NCBI GenBank assembly: GCA_036172245.1
Contig: JAYWIR010000008.1
Coordinates: 2,170,001-2,234,000, forward strand
DNA: 64,000 bases
Reading direction: 5' to 3'
Source of the DNA: Raillietiella orientalis
Taxonomy: Eukaryota
Shown: positions 33,840 through 45,354 of the stretch, piece by piece
Layout of the letters: the number at the start of each line of letters is the position of its first letter
Position numbering within the stretch: the first letter of the stretch is position 1
Translations under genes and position numbers: made by a program
The notes under the pieces: model-generated
Told to the model about the DNA's origin: nothing
The model's input: the letters and a program-made list of their open reading frames with translations, nothing else
Database searches by the model: none

Positions 33840-35250
33840 GATCAAAATCCCGAAAAATCTCGAAAATAAAGATATGTGTACATTAATTTATACATCTGTG
33901 TATATAGATTAACATATTTGAAATTTATTTTGAGATACATATTAATATAATTAACAATATGTCTGTTATATATTGATATTTGTTTGTGTAAAGATTATGT
34001 AAAATAGATATATATGTGTTTATTATATATATAGATATATATGTATGTGCATGTAGAGTGATACATATTATAAAGATTATAACAAATAAATTCATACGTT
34101 TGTTATATATACCAACATATATATTGATGCATAAATTAGCATATGGCTAAATTATAGATTATTAAATATTCTTAAGATCATAAAAATGAATACACGCGCC
34201 TTTTACGTACATATATATATGGATTAATATACAAATGTTCTTAAACATACATATTTATTAATATAATTGATAACATGAATTGATATTTATTATAAAGATC
34301 ATAAATATATATATTCATTACATATAGTAATGCATATTTATATAGATAATGAATATACTTCAAATATATACATGAATATCAAGTTCTATGTATTCTTCGA
34401 ACGATCAAAATCCCAGAAGCAGAATTCGTCCTTTGCTGTGGAAGTTTTTCTTTGCCGGCTCTTGGAAAAACTTCTTGTTTGTGTTTTTAGCTGGTTCGTT
34501 TTTCCATTTTTTTCCACTGTTTGCTTTCCATTTCCTATGATTCAATTTTTATATATTCATTTCATGCATGTTTTTTGTATCTGTGACCGTGCACTGACGT
34601 ACGGGGTGAACGTGTACTGTTTGGTGTTTGCTGTCCATTGGGGCCGCCATTTCAACGCAGTCTGCACCTGAGGAGTTCTGACCCAGGAGGGCGGGCCAGA
34701 GATGAAACTGTGATGCTTTCCCTCTGTAGCAAGCACCCACTTCCCACAGCCTCCCTTGTCTAGAAGGAATTGGATGATGCTGGAACTTCAAAGGGAAGCC
34801 CCCATGGCGTGTTCGCCATACCCCAGCCGGACTGGGAGAGTGTGGAAGCATCCAGTATTTTTTTTTTTTATAATTTCCACTACATATATTATTACATATG
34901 TGTGCTGAAATAAATTTCCATATTGATCCCTGTACAAACATACATCAAAGACATATGCATATATAGTATAACCTTTAGAATATATTAATTTATAATTAAT
35001 CTATATACTGATTTATGCATCAATATATATAATAAGCACATGTATTTATTTTTATAATCTTCTGTATGAATACGGCTATATATACAAACATATGTAATGA
35101 ACATATTGTTCATTATATTACAATACATATATTAACAAATATGAATGCTAACATAAATTTGGGTATTAATCTATACACATACATATACTGCATACATAAT
35201 AAGCACATATATATTTGTGTTTTATAATCTTTATAAAACACATTAATCTA
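33840..35250. repeat. AT-rich foldback/satellite-like block 1 (forward arm ~33870-34400; reverse arm ~34480-35240 interrupted by a GC-richer insert at ~34590-34855)
   Basis: Abrupt loss of G/C. The sub-repeat aaagattat/aagatcat recurs in the left arm and ataatct in the right arm. attgatgcataaatt (~34123) pairs with atttatgcatcaat (~35011). tcaaaatccc motifs at 33842 and ~34404. Confidence 0.75.
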
Positions 35251-36659
35251 TGTGTCACCACTGTATGTACGGCTCATGTTTGAGGTGGCCACTCGCTGAC
35301 AGCCGGCCAGGTTGGGTCTGAAGAGTCGCCACCACCGGCAGCCCGCTTTCTGCTACCTCGCGGGGGCGTGAGCACCCATCTGCACAACTCCATACCTCAA
35401 CATATAATATATGACAATGACATCACATCCTATATGACACTGAACTATAACATATGATTGTCAAAATTAGCGAACAACGTTTCTCAACATTTTCATTTTT
35501 CAATATTCCGACAGCCGGAAAGCCTAATAATAGGCTATCGGTCGAAAAGCCTGTTGATAGGCTTCCGGTAATGAAAGTGTTAATGTATATGGTAAGCACG
35601 CACATTTATTTCTAAGGCCCTTCGGCATTTTGATCGGCACCGCTGCAGCGGCAGTCCAAGTCCATCCTGAACCCACGGGAATTCGTTCTAGCGTTGCTCC
35701 CCTAGAGTCGCCTTCACCATCCGGGTTGCTTTGCTCCAGAGGCTTCCCAAGCTTGCTGTCCTGGAAGAGGGGGCTCAGCTAAGGATCGAGTCTCCTCCCG
35801 GGAGAGCAGTGGCTCCCCATTTCGTCGCATCGCTGCTGCATTTGCTTTTCCATGATTCTGAACGGGTCAGGAGAGCCTCCATAGATCAAGGGATGCACCT
35901 CGTTTCTCCTGTGCAGCTTGGAAGATGCTCAAATGGCTCTTCTTTTCGCTCTTGATACCACGTTCTCCTTCTTTCGAGACCAAGGTTCCCTTCCTCAATG
36001 GAAAGAAGTTCCAAGGATTCGAGGATTGGATTCGTATCTCCCAGTTGTTATTTGTTGCAACCCTTTTTGCCATAGGATTTCCCTGGAAGAGCCTCCGTTC
36101 CTCGACAACTCCGATTTCTTCTTCTTTGTGGCTCCCGGATATCCTGCCCTCGAAACCGCGGCCCACCAGAGTCGGATCTGCCTTCCAGCCCCGGAAGCGC
36201 TGGACGATCTACTCGGGCCGCTTCGCCAGAATGCAGGCACCCTGGTGGATGCTCTGCAGCTCCTCCATGAGGACCAGCCCCTGAAAAGACTAGCATCCGT
36301 TCCGACGAAGAACGAGTTCAGCCCAGCGTCTTGGTGAAGGGGGAGCCTTCAGCAGCGCTTGGAGTCTTCCCGAGGCAGGGCTCGCCGCGCCAGACCAGCG
36401 ACTGGGTTCCGGAGTCCTTGCGTTACTCCGTCGTTCGCAGGATCCGAAGATGGAGCTGCTCGCGCCAACAGGTAGTCCTCTGGAGGAGGAGTGGAATTCC
36501 TGCTCTCCTTCGCTTGCCTCTTCTAGAGCCGCCACTGAGCCCTCGAGAGATTAGGTGAGGTACTCTACAAGCAGCCACTCCTCCTCTTCCTCTTCCTGAA
36601 GCACCAAATCTGGCGCAAGGTCTGTCCCAGGGATAGCCTGATTGGGGTCTGTATCAAAA

Positions 36660-37895
36660 ATAAAGTAATATGCCTATTATCTATATCTATATATCTATAT
36701 GGAGAGAGAGACAGAGAGTAGTATACAATTTTCTTTTAACATGCATATTTATTAGTATTTATTAACATATATATTAACTCATATAATTCATACGTATTGA
36801 TACATTATTAATATATATATCAAAGGTTATAAAAAATAAATACAGAAATGCATATGCATATTTATGCGTATAGTAGATAATCATTAAATGAATATATAAA
36901 TATCAAATTATAAAAAATAAAGGCAATAAAAAATAGTTGAAGAAAACGAAAAAGCAAGCAATTTTTTTTTCAAAAAAAAGCAATTTGGTATTTCCTTTTC
37001 CTGTCATTTCCAACACAAAAAATGACACTTGGCCAGTAAATGATGGTTTCTATTTTCGGGATTTTGACTGTTAGATGGATAGATGTCTGTAAGTCGATAT
37101 TTGCATATTCATTGAATACTTATTTTGTTATATACATGAATACATATAATAAACATATATACTCATTTTCATAATCTCTATAACATATACTGATGCATTT
37201 TATTATTTATTTAAATAAATATGTATGTTAAAATAAGATAAATTCCCTCAGGAAATTCATTTCCTGGGGAAGTTTTCATTTGTTGACTGCTGAAAATGAT
37301 GAAATACCAAACTCCTTGTGTTTTTAATTAGTTTGCTTTTTTATTGTTTTCCGCTGCTTTTCATTGTTACCACTGTTTTCCATTTTTTATAATTCGATAT
37401 TTATATACTCATTTCACATATATTCATTGTATCTATGAATGTACATTAATGAACAGAATAAACGTGTATGTTTTTTTTTATGATCTTCACTATATATATT
37501 AATAAATATGGATTTTAAAATAAATTTCCATAATTATCTGTATATAAATGTACATAAAAGGCACACACACAGATATATGTATATTGTAATCTTTAGAACG
37601 TATTGATCTATAATTATCTATATTAATATTTATGTGTCAATACGCATATTAATATATGTATTTATTTCTTAATAGTCTTTGTAATGTTATTTATAAACAT
37701 ATATATGTATTAACATATATACTCTTAACATATTGTTAATCATATAGCAATGTATATGTAAATAAATATTAAAAAGTATGTATGCTAACATAAATTTGTG
37801 TGATCTATATATGGATATAAACATAATAATGATATGTATTTATTTTTAATGATCCTTATAATATATACTAATCTATATACAAATATACATCGATA
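36660..37895. repeat. AT-rich foldback/satellite-like block 2
   Basis: 36800-37015 is an inverted copy of ~37280-37505 (aaatgaatatataaatatcaaattataaaaaat vs attttttataattcgatatttatatactcattt; tttggtatttc vs gaaataccaaa). ttttcgggattttga (37053-37067) is the exact reverse complement of 33842-33856. Hairpin ttccctcaggaaat-tc-atttcctggggaa at ~37243-37271. Confidence 0.75.
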
Positions 37896-38319
37896 AACAT
37901 GACCGGCAAGCAGACCGGCAGCACACCTTCGGAGCCTGGAGGGAAGAGACTCAGGAAGGGTGCAGGGGCTGAGGTCGCCCTTCCCTGCCTGGTCCTCGCC
38001 GCTTCTCCCGGACGCCGGGCTCCGGGAGCGGCAGTCGCAGTCCGCTCCCCGCGGCTCGCCCGGGTGTCCCATCGATCTGGCACTCCGTCTGGTGAAAACT
38101 CCGCATCTCCCCGCTCCAGCAGCTTCGCACCCGCGTCAACGCGGCGGCCGCCTTCGGGAACCAGCATTTCGACACTGTTTGGGTCCCAGGACTCGCTCGG
38201 CTGTTTCCTGCGACCCACAGGCGGACCTTCCCGGGCTCCTCTCCCCCTTCTTCCGGAGGATAGGCGACACACACAGCTGCAGGAGGTGCTCCGTAGACAT
38301 CGCTGCCTCGGCCCGCGGA

Positions 38320-39170
38320 TCCGGGGGCGATGCCACCCGGATACGCCGGGAATTTATTAAAACTTTCGTATGGTCAACAACATACGTGGTACCAGGCCCC
38401 ACTAACGGCCACACAACAACGGACCTGCCGGGACGCAGGGACGCAGTCCGGTGTGACTCCCCTCGGCAGTGGAGGGGGATGGGAGTGAAAACAAAAATAA
38501 AAAATAAAATAAGAAAAAAAAACAAAAAGAGTTTGGAGGGACGGGAAGGGATCACATTCCTACACAAAGGATCACAAAGGAGCCCACTACGGGGAGGGCC
38601 CATCCTCTGCAGGATGCCCTCAAGGTCCTCCTTCAATCCACCCAACCGGGGCCATCCGGTAGCTCTCTGCAGGAAGCGAGCAGCATACGGGATGACGTCC
38701 GTCACGATGGAATCTCCATCTTCGGCTTCACTTCAGGCTGCCACAATACCACGGATGCAGCAAAGTACCGGATCGGATGGATCGGATCCGGGGGCGAAGA
38801 ACGACGCATCAAACGACCCATTTCGTGGATGGAGTTGCCGTTCCCTGGAGGTCCCCCACAATCCCGCAAACTTCCCCAAATCGCGCGTACACATCTCGCG
38901 ATCTTTCAATATTTTCGCCGGCACCCGTTCCCGCTGTGTCGCTCCCTGAAGACTGGAAGGGAGGAAGGTGATGGTCATGGTGATTCGAACCGCGGAGGGC
39001 TGGTGAATCCAAGGCGACAGGCCTCCTGAGGACGGAGATGCGCACCCCGGCTGCTGAGCGATGCAGGCGATCAGAGTGTGGTCGGACGTAGAGTGGGAGG
39101 GAAGAGCGGGGCTGAGCGTGTTTTCTCTTCGGGTATGAAACTGCAAGGGAAGAAGAAGAATGCTCAACAA
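38320..39170 (-). mobile_element. 3' end of a second, diverged LINE copy
   Basis: On the minus strand: decayed coding sequence, a C-rich then T-rich tract followed by tcacaccg, then AATAAA-ttcccggcgtatccgggtg. This is colinear with the 3' UTR of the 28-33 kb LINE (AATAAA-cgccccggcgtgaccgggtg). Confidence 0.6.
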
Positions 39171-39599
39171 AGGGGAGTGTTGAGCAACCTGCTACCACTT
39201 CGAGAACGAAGAGCTTAGCTATGATACGAGTGACGTAACATCATCCGTAGTACAAAAGTGATGTGTGTGTTTCTTTCTTTTCTTAGAGGCCAACCGGCGA
39301 CCTCAGGGGCACGCTACCACCGTTGGTCCCAGGCTTATGCATCTTCGATCCGATGCATTCTTGCTGCCTTCCACGCCCTCCCAGCTTTTTGTTCTTTGCC
39401 GTTGATGGTCTTGTCGTCTCTGGTGGCTCCTACTCGAGGGCAGTCGCCACTCGCAGGGTAAGCACCAGAGCAGCTCGACAACGTGCGGGCTCTTCCGCCG
39501 TCACGCGAGAAGGTGAGCGCGAGTTAGGAAGGGGGTAACGACGGAGGCGGTCCGATCCGAATCGCCGGGGCTGGTCCACGGGGCATCAGGACGCGGATA

Positions 39600-42200
39600 C
39601 GAGCGCGGACTACCGAGCCCTCATCCTCCATCGCAGCGTCCCCTCCAAGGGGCACCACCCGCTGGTCACCGTCCACTCCTTCGAGGGCATTCCGACCCGC
39701 GACGCAAGGCTCTGCACAGCGCCCTGGGACCGCCGCGGCCGCCAGCGCTCGTTTCGAGGCGCCGCTGTGCCTCCGTCAGGCGGAGTCCTGCCTCCGAAAA
39801 CGGCGAGTCGTACCTCCGACAACGGGAGAGGAAGGGAAACCTCGAACAAGAATGCAGGGGGAGTGCAGCCGCCTCCCTAACGGCGGTGCGATCTTCCGCC
39901 TCTCGAGGGCGCAGTGTCGCACGCGTCAAGTCCACGGCGGCCGGTTGCCGAGCGACCGCGTCCCGCATCGTCGGTCAACAGGCGGCGCTGGGAGAGTAGG
40001 AAGGGGAAGAGGAGGAGGCGAACCTCGCCGGGAGGGAGGCCGTGCGGGACGGAGCAGGCTCCAAGTGCGGGTGGTCACACGCTTCGAGACCGCGTGCGTG
40101 GGCGCTCGCGACTCTCCCTTGCCCCGTTGCATGGCAGCCTCCCTGGAGAGGAGCCCGGACGTCTCTCCTCGGACTCTCCTTGGGGAGCGCGCCGCGACCG
40201 ACCGCTCGGGGCGCCCCTCCACATCACCGCATGCCCCCCCGAGCAAAGGAAGGCAGCCGGCGAGCTACCGGCGCCTGAACGCCTCCACCCGACGTGACCT
40301 TCTCCGCTTCTTATCTTCGAGAGGGCGAAAGGGCAGGCTGCCTCGTGGTCTCGTCCCCCGAGGCACGCTCTGCAGACGTCGAAAGCAGGCGCAGCGTCGC
40401 CGCTTCCCGCGCGCTCACCATCGGCAGCCGTCGAAGCCATCAGGTCAAGCGCGGACCGCCGCCCCGGCGTCTGTCCGGTGGCGGAGGAGGTAGCAGAGGC
40501 GAGGCGGACGGTCTCGCCCTTGTGCGTGGAGTCCACCCATGCTCTCTCTCCTCCTAAACCGCACCACTGCCGCCCGTCATCCAAGCATCGCCTGAGAAAC
40601 GGCGGCGCTTGCGTTCGTGGCGTACGCAAGCGGAGAGAGGAAGAGCCACCAACTCTGCGCTGATCCGGGCTGCGACTGACCGGAAGACATCCCCCTGCGA
40701 GCGAATCGGGGAACTCACGGGCTCCGACCTGACCGCGGGCACCCATCCCCCTTACTGAGGATGGACCCACAAACGAGAAACCAATGGCAGCGCAAACGTG
40801 CGCGCGCGCCGGTGAGGGCGAAAGGATCCCAGGCCGTCCCGTGGAGGTAGATGCCTGGGTGCGTGCGAATCCGCTTCCGGCGCCTAGATGTCCCGACGGA
40901 GCCACTGCCAGGCCTCCTCTGTGGCAAACTGCGGGGTCAGCGCGGCAGCCCCGTCATCCTCGCGTCTGCTCCCGGCTGCCTCCACGGCGCCGAGAACGCG
41001 GCAGAAGGCGGCGCTGCCTCGCTCTTCTCCCATCTGGCGACCGTAGCGGACCAAAGACCATCCATCATTTGCGCACCTGTGACCATCCGCACCGCTCAAC
41101 GGACCGCCTGAGGGCAAAGGGTCGACAGGACCGTGTCCTGCAGCCATCGTCGTGGAGTTCCGCTGAGCGCGTCGGACCTCCGGGTCGTCGCTGGCTCATT
41201 CGCACGCACCCCCGGAGGATGTGCGCCGACGGCGGCGGCTGCAGGCCCCCGGCTTTCCGTGAGCGTCGTCGTGACCTCGCTTTTCGCCGACCCCCGACGA
41301 CGCCAGTGGGTCCCGGAAGATGGCAGCAGCGGTTCTGTCCCGGCGGCGGGGAGCAGCCTGCCTGCCTCGACGGTGGACAGCCGCCACCCACCCACGCTCG
41401 GGGCCGATCGCCTCGGCGGAGCGAGTCGGTGTGCGCTCGCTCCTCCGTGGATGTCGACTTAGGCCGCTGCCGTCTCCAGCCATGGCAAGCGACGCCTTGC
41501 GTGGGATCCGGGCAGCGCCGCGATCCCGCGTTCGAAGCATCGCGCAGTGCCAGTTCTGCCTAGCGGAACGGGTCCTCTGGGCGTTGCTGGCGGGTCCATA
41601 GGTTGGATCTGCAGCGTTCGATCCAGGCGGACGGCTCGTTCCTTTCGAGCTTGAGGATGAGCGTGGGAAAGGAGCATTCCAGCCTCAAGGCCTCTGACCG
41701 TTCGCTACGATGGGTGCCTGCTAGTTTGAGGTCTCGTCTGGAGCTCCTGGATGGTTTCGTTCGCGCATTTTCCTCAGCAAAGGACTTTTTGATGGCCAAG
41801 ATGGCTCTCTCGCGTGGATGGACACTTGCCAAATTGTGCTGAAGAAGGAAGTCGCAGCTCCCCGCTCCGCGCGTGCTGCGACTTCCTTCGACGCGAGTGT
41901 CAGCGTGTCAGGGAGAAGAAGTCCTTGGTTTCCAAGGGACCGACCGAAGCCAGGAGACCGTTGCTTGGACCTCAAAGTCCGCTCGGTCAATTTGGAGCTG
42001 CCATCCTGTGGAGTTGTTGGACTCGCTGGATCCGTGCGAGAAGCTCGGTGTCGCAGCTTTCCGTCACTCCATCGGGTGTCTTCGTCGCAACCGAAGAGAT
42101 CCGAGAGATCTGGAGCTTCCTGATGTACGAGATCGGAGGTTCCGAAAGGCTGGAGCTTCAGGCGGATGATTACGAGTCACTCCAGAGGGACTGACTGCAT
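39600..42200 (+). mobile_element. Heavily decayed, internally deleted LINE copy
   Basis: Weak ORF1-like SFEGIPTR (~39680), APE-end-like VPLSASDLRVV (~41160), and C-terminal ..ECQRVRE.. and ILWSCWTRWIRAR. No RT core is visible. Shares an exact 18-mer with 21849-21866. Confidence 0.45.
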
Positions 42201-43153
42201 TCGGTGCTCTCGGCGACCTCTCACGTAGCGTCAGGGAACTTTGACGGCCGCCTGCTCACCGGTTAGGAATGGTTGCCCTGCCCCCCTTCGCTCACGAGAG
42301 CCATGGGACGCCAAGTGAAGACCTTGGCGCTTTTCGACACGGTTCGAAAAGCTCAAGACGAGTGCCAGCAGAGCTGGGGTATGGCCGCTGTCTCCATGGG
42401 AGGGAGAGAGAGAGAAGCAGTCATCTCTGCCACGGGATCCTGTCATTGCAGACGAACTTCGGACTCGCAGGGAGCGGCGTTTGGGTAAAGAGGATTTCTG
42501 TGGAGAGGGAAGTGCTGACGAATCATCAAGGAGACCCTCGCCGGGAAGTTGGCAACTAGAAGGCGACACGGCTAATTGGCTGCAAGTCGGGAAGGATCGC
42601 CCACCCAACCGATGAGAGTGCCGAAGAACAAGGACCGAAAGAGAGGAGGTAAGGAGCGCAGATGGTTCTGCTGCCGGCGACGAACCGCAGCAATGGTACT
42701 TTTTTGTCTTCCTGCCAAATCCAACGATGCTTCCTGCTCCTTCCAGACATGTCACAACCACCTATCAAGGAAGCTTTGTGGGCTCCCTCGGTACTTCGTA
42801 GCTTGTTGCCTGCCCAGACACGATGAGTTTGAGTTTACTGCAAGGTATCGATTTCTCCGCATTGATTTTCGGAATCGTCTAAGAGTGTATTTCGACAAGG
42901 GTTGATCCGAAGAGTTCGGCCATCATCTTCAAGGTAACCGGAACGTGATCCGGGCTTGCATTGTATGCTCAGACACGAAAAGTGGAAGAAGATGCGGACC
43001 GGAGCGAGTCGATCAGGTACGGCTGTAAAGTTTCATCGCTCCCTCAGATCAGAAGATTGTCTATTCATCACTCGGGTCCTCCAGAAGCTGGCCGACGTAT
43101 GAAGAGAATCACTGCTATTCCTCTGGCCGATGCGGACTTACCGGAAGGCGTCT

Positions 43154-43272
43154 TCAGCACGAAGAAAGGCCGGACTTGGAGCTATCGTCCCTCGAGGTGT
43201 GCTGCCTCTGTTTGAGGTCGCCGTCGGCGTCGCCGAAAATCTTGTTGACGGTCCCCAGCTCCACGTTCTCCT
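43154..43272 (-). CDS. Candidate terminal exon of the SLC5 gene (alternative to 46712-47086)
   Basis: ENVELGTVNKIFGDADGDLKQRQHTSRDDSSKSGLSSC* looks coding (C/G-rich third positions) and lies downstream on the same strand. The acceptor is weak (gag) and the link to exon 47306-47510 is not shown. Confidence 0.3.
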
Positions 43273-43750
43273 CGTTGGGGATGAGGGCGACGCAGGAAAG
43301 GTGCGAGGCGAACGGCTTGGAGATTTGCTCACCCTTTGGAGCAAACGAAGGGTTCATTCATCAGCACACTGCCCTCGACGCTGGCACTGGCAGAGTGCCA
43401 GAAAAAGAGAGGATGACGCGTTCCACAGACGCCCTTCCCCTACACAGTCATCCTGTGGACCTCTCCCAGAGCTGGTCCTCCTTCGACACGAGATTCCCTG
43501 CTTGCCACCCTTACTGACAGGAGCGAGTGCAGATGCTCCCGGATGAGTACACAAGGACATCTTCACGTGTGCTTCCTTCTCGACTTGGAAAGCACTGCTG
43601 GAAGAATGGAGAAGGCTCCAAGGATATCTGTCTTCTCCCTCGAGCTCGTGTGGATGAATTCCCAGCATTCACCACTTTCCGGTTCCCATGGATAGGAATG
43701 TGCCTGCATGGTGCGTACGTGGTGCGATCACCAGGGTAATGCATGAAGTA

Positions 43751-43889
43751 CAGCAGTACCTCGATACTCCTCGGTTTCGGCACTCGTCACGAGTTCCGGA
43801 ACTAATTACCGACAAGTAACTTTACAGCCGTAACTAATCGCTTCTCGCCCTTTAAGCTTACATCAAAGTGTAGCATCGAGGAACCGCTG
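43751..43889. mobile_element. Short pogo/Tigger-type MITE (139 bp)
   Basis: TA|cagcagtacctcgatact ... agcatcgaggaaccgctg|TA gives imperfect TIRs with TA on both sides. Internal tcggtttcggcactcgtcacgagttccggaac matches the 48-kb MITE. Confidence 0.75.
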
Positions 43890-44699
43890 TAATTCGTGCA
43901 TTACACTGGTGGTCTCAAGGAGTGAGGCGGGCCTCTTCCAAGTGGCTCACCATTCTCTATCCAAGCGCGTGTTTTATATCTATCCAGACTCCATGAACGC
44001 ACCCTTTTCCACATATCTCGTGCCCATGCGCACCACGCGTGTTGCACCATGCAGGCACATTCCGATCCATGGGAACCGGAATTCGCTGTGGAACTGGTGA
44101 CGAGTGCCGAAACCGATGAGAACTTGCTTTGGAGCCGGTTTCAAGTGGCTCACCCCGTATGGTCTTGCATCCGATGGGAAGGATGAAGTGCTGTGCAAAC
44201 AGAAGGGGACCACGAGAGGAGAAAACGATTTTCGAAGGCGGGATCGGTGTTTGGGTGCGCCTGCCTTCTTAAAACTCCTCCCCTCTGCATATTTTCCCTC
44301 GAAGACTTGTCACGAGCTTCAATGCCGGAAAGTCAAAGGTCTTCGCATCTACTCGCATCCGTTGGGCTGGAAAGCGCAAGCCAGACCGACCCGTCAGAGG
44401 GGAGGGAAAATCTCGGATTCCGCATCGCAGATTTTTTTTTTTTTTTCCGAGAGACAGTGGCGCCAGGACAGTGCACCCGCTGCTCTCGGCTGCATCGATG
44501 TTCCTCGAATGCGTGCAGATCACGGATTCTTTTAGCACGGGTCTCTTCCTCACCCTTCCTTGTGTACCGCCAAAGTGTTCCGCACGCCTAGCAGACATCC
44601 ACTTCCTGGTCCTCCGGAGAGTTGTTTTTCTTTTCGGTTCTCTGCGTACTCAAGAACTTCCTCAGGAGCTCTTTAAACATTGTTCACGACACATCAGAT

Positions 44700-45354
44700 G
44701 GGGGGGGAGGTAACTCTTCAAGTTAAGGGGTACCCAGGGAGGAGACCATCCTATGAATCCAGAAAGGGCTCCACAGGAAGAAGTCCGTTCCTCTCACGCT
44801 TGGGAGGGAATTCCAAAGGAAACCACCATTCCTATTTTCTCTGGAGGGACCCCCGGAGGAGAACCCTCCATGATTTCCTCTCCAGAGGGAACCTGTAAGG
44901 GAACCGTCCCTTGTTACCCCCCTGAAGAGAACTCCGAGGTCCGTTTCCATGAAGGGAGTTCCCCAAAGGGAGCAGCGTGCTCCTTCACACTCTGGAGAGG
45001 TGTTATCGATCCACCATTTCCGTGGCACGAGATGGAAGGTCGTCTCCCGAGGGAAGAGGGGACGGCTCCATCCTCACAACCGGAGAAGAATTCCGAAGCG
45101 AACCGACTCCTTGATTCCTGGAAGGTCCGCGAAGAGTCAACTTCTAATACCGGCCAGTCGGCGGGGGCATCCGGGGGTTTTCGGCTTCAACCAGTGCCGC
45201 TCCTGAATAAACCAACCAGCATCATTCTGTGGGGGGCACCCGAAACCCACGATGCGCCCCCCCCAACCGTTCTCGGCGTCGATCCTTCCCCGGGTGGGAT
45301 TCGAACCCTCAACGACTTGGTGCCACGCGCGCAGACCGCAGCCACACAGCCGCC
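44700..45354 (-). mobile_element. Copy 2 of the long tRNA-headed SINE-like repeat
   Basis: Minus-strand head ggcggctgtgtggctgcggt...gggttcgaatcccacccgggg has an A-box-like element and B-box GGTTCGAATCC (45297-45307). Body blocks ttgattcctggaagg, cacactctggagagg and ttcaagttaagggg...ctatgaatccag are shared with the other copies. Confidence 0.75.

Noticed and set aside
35640..36640. Coding gene between the AT-rich blocks
   Set aside because: Stops in all plausible frames and no recognisable motifs; treated as an unidentified insert.
37243..37271. Helitron 3' hairpin
   Set aside because: No CTRR terminus at the expected distance and no 5' TC end identified.
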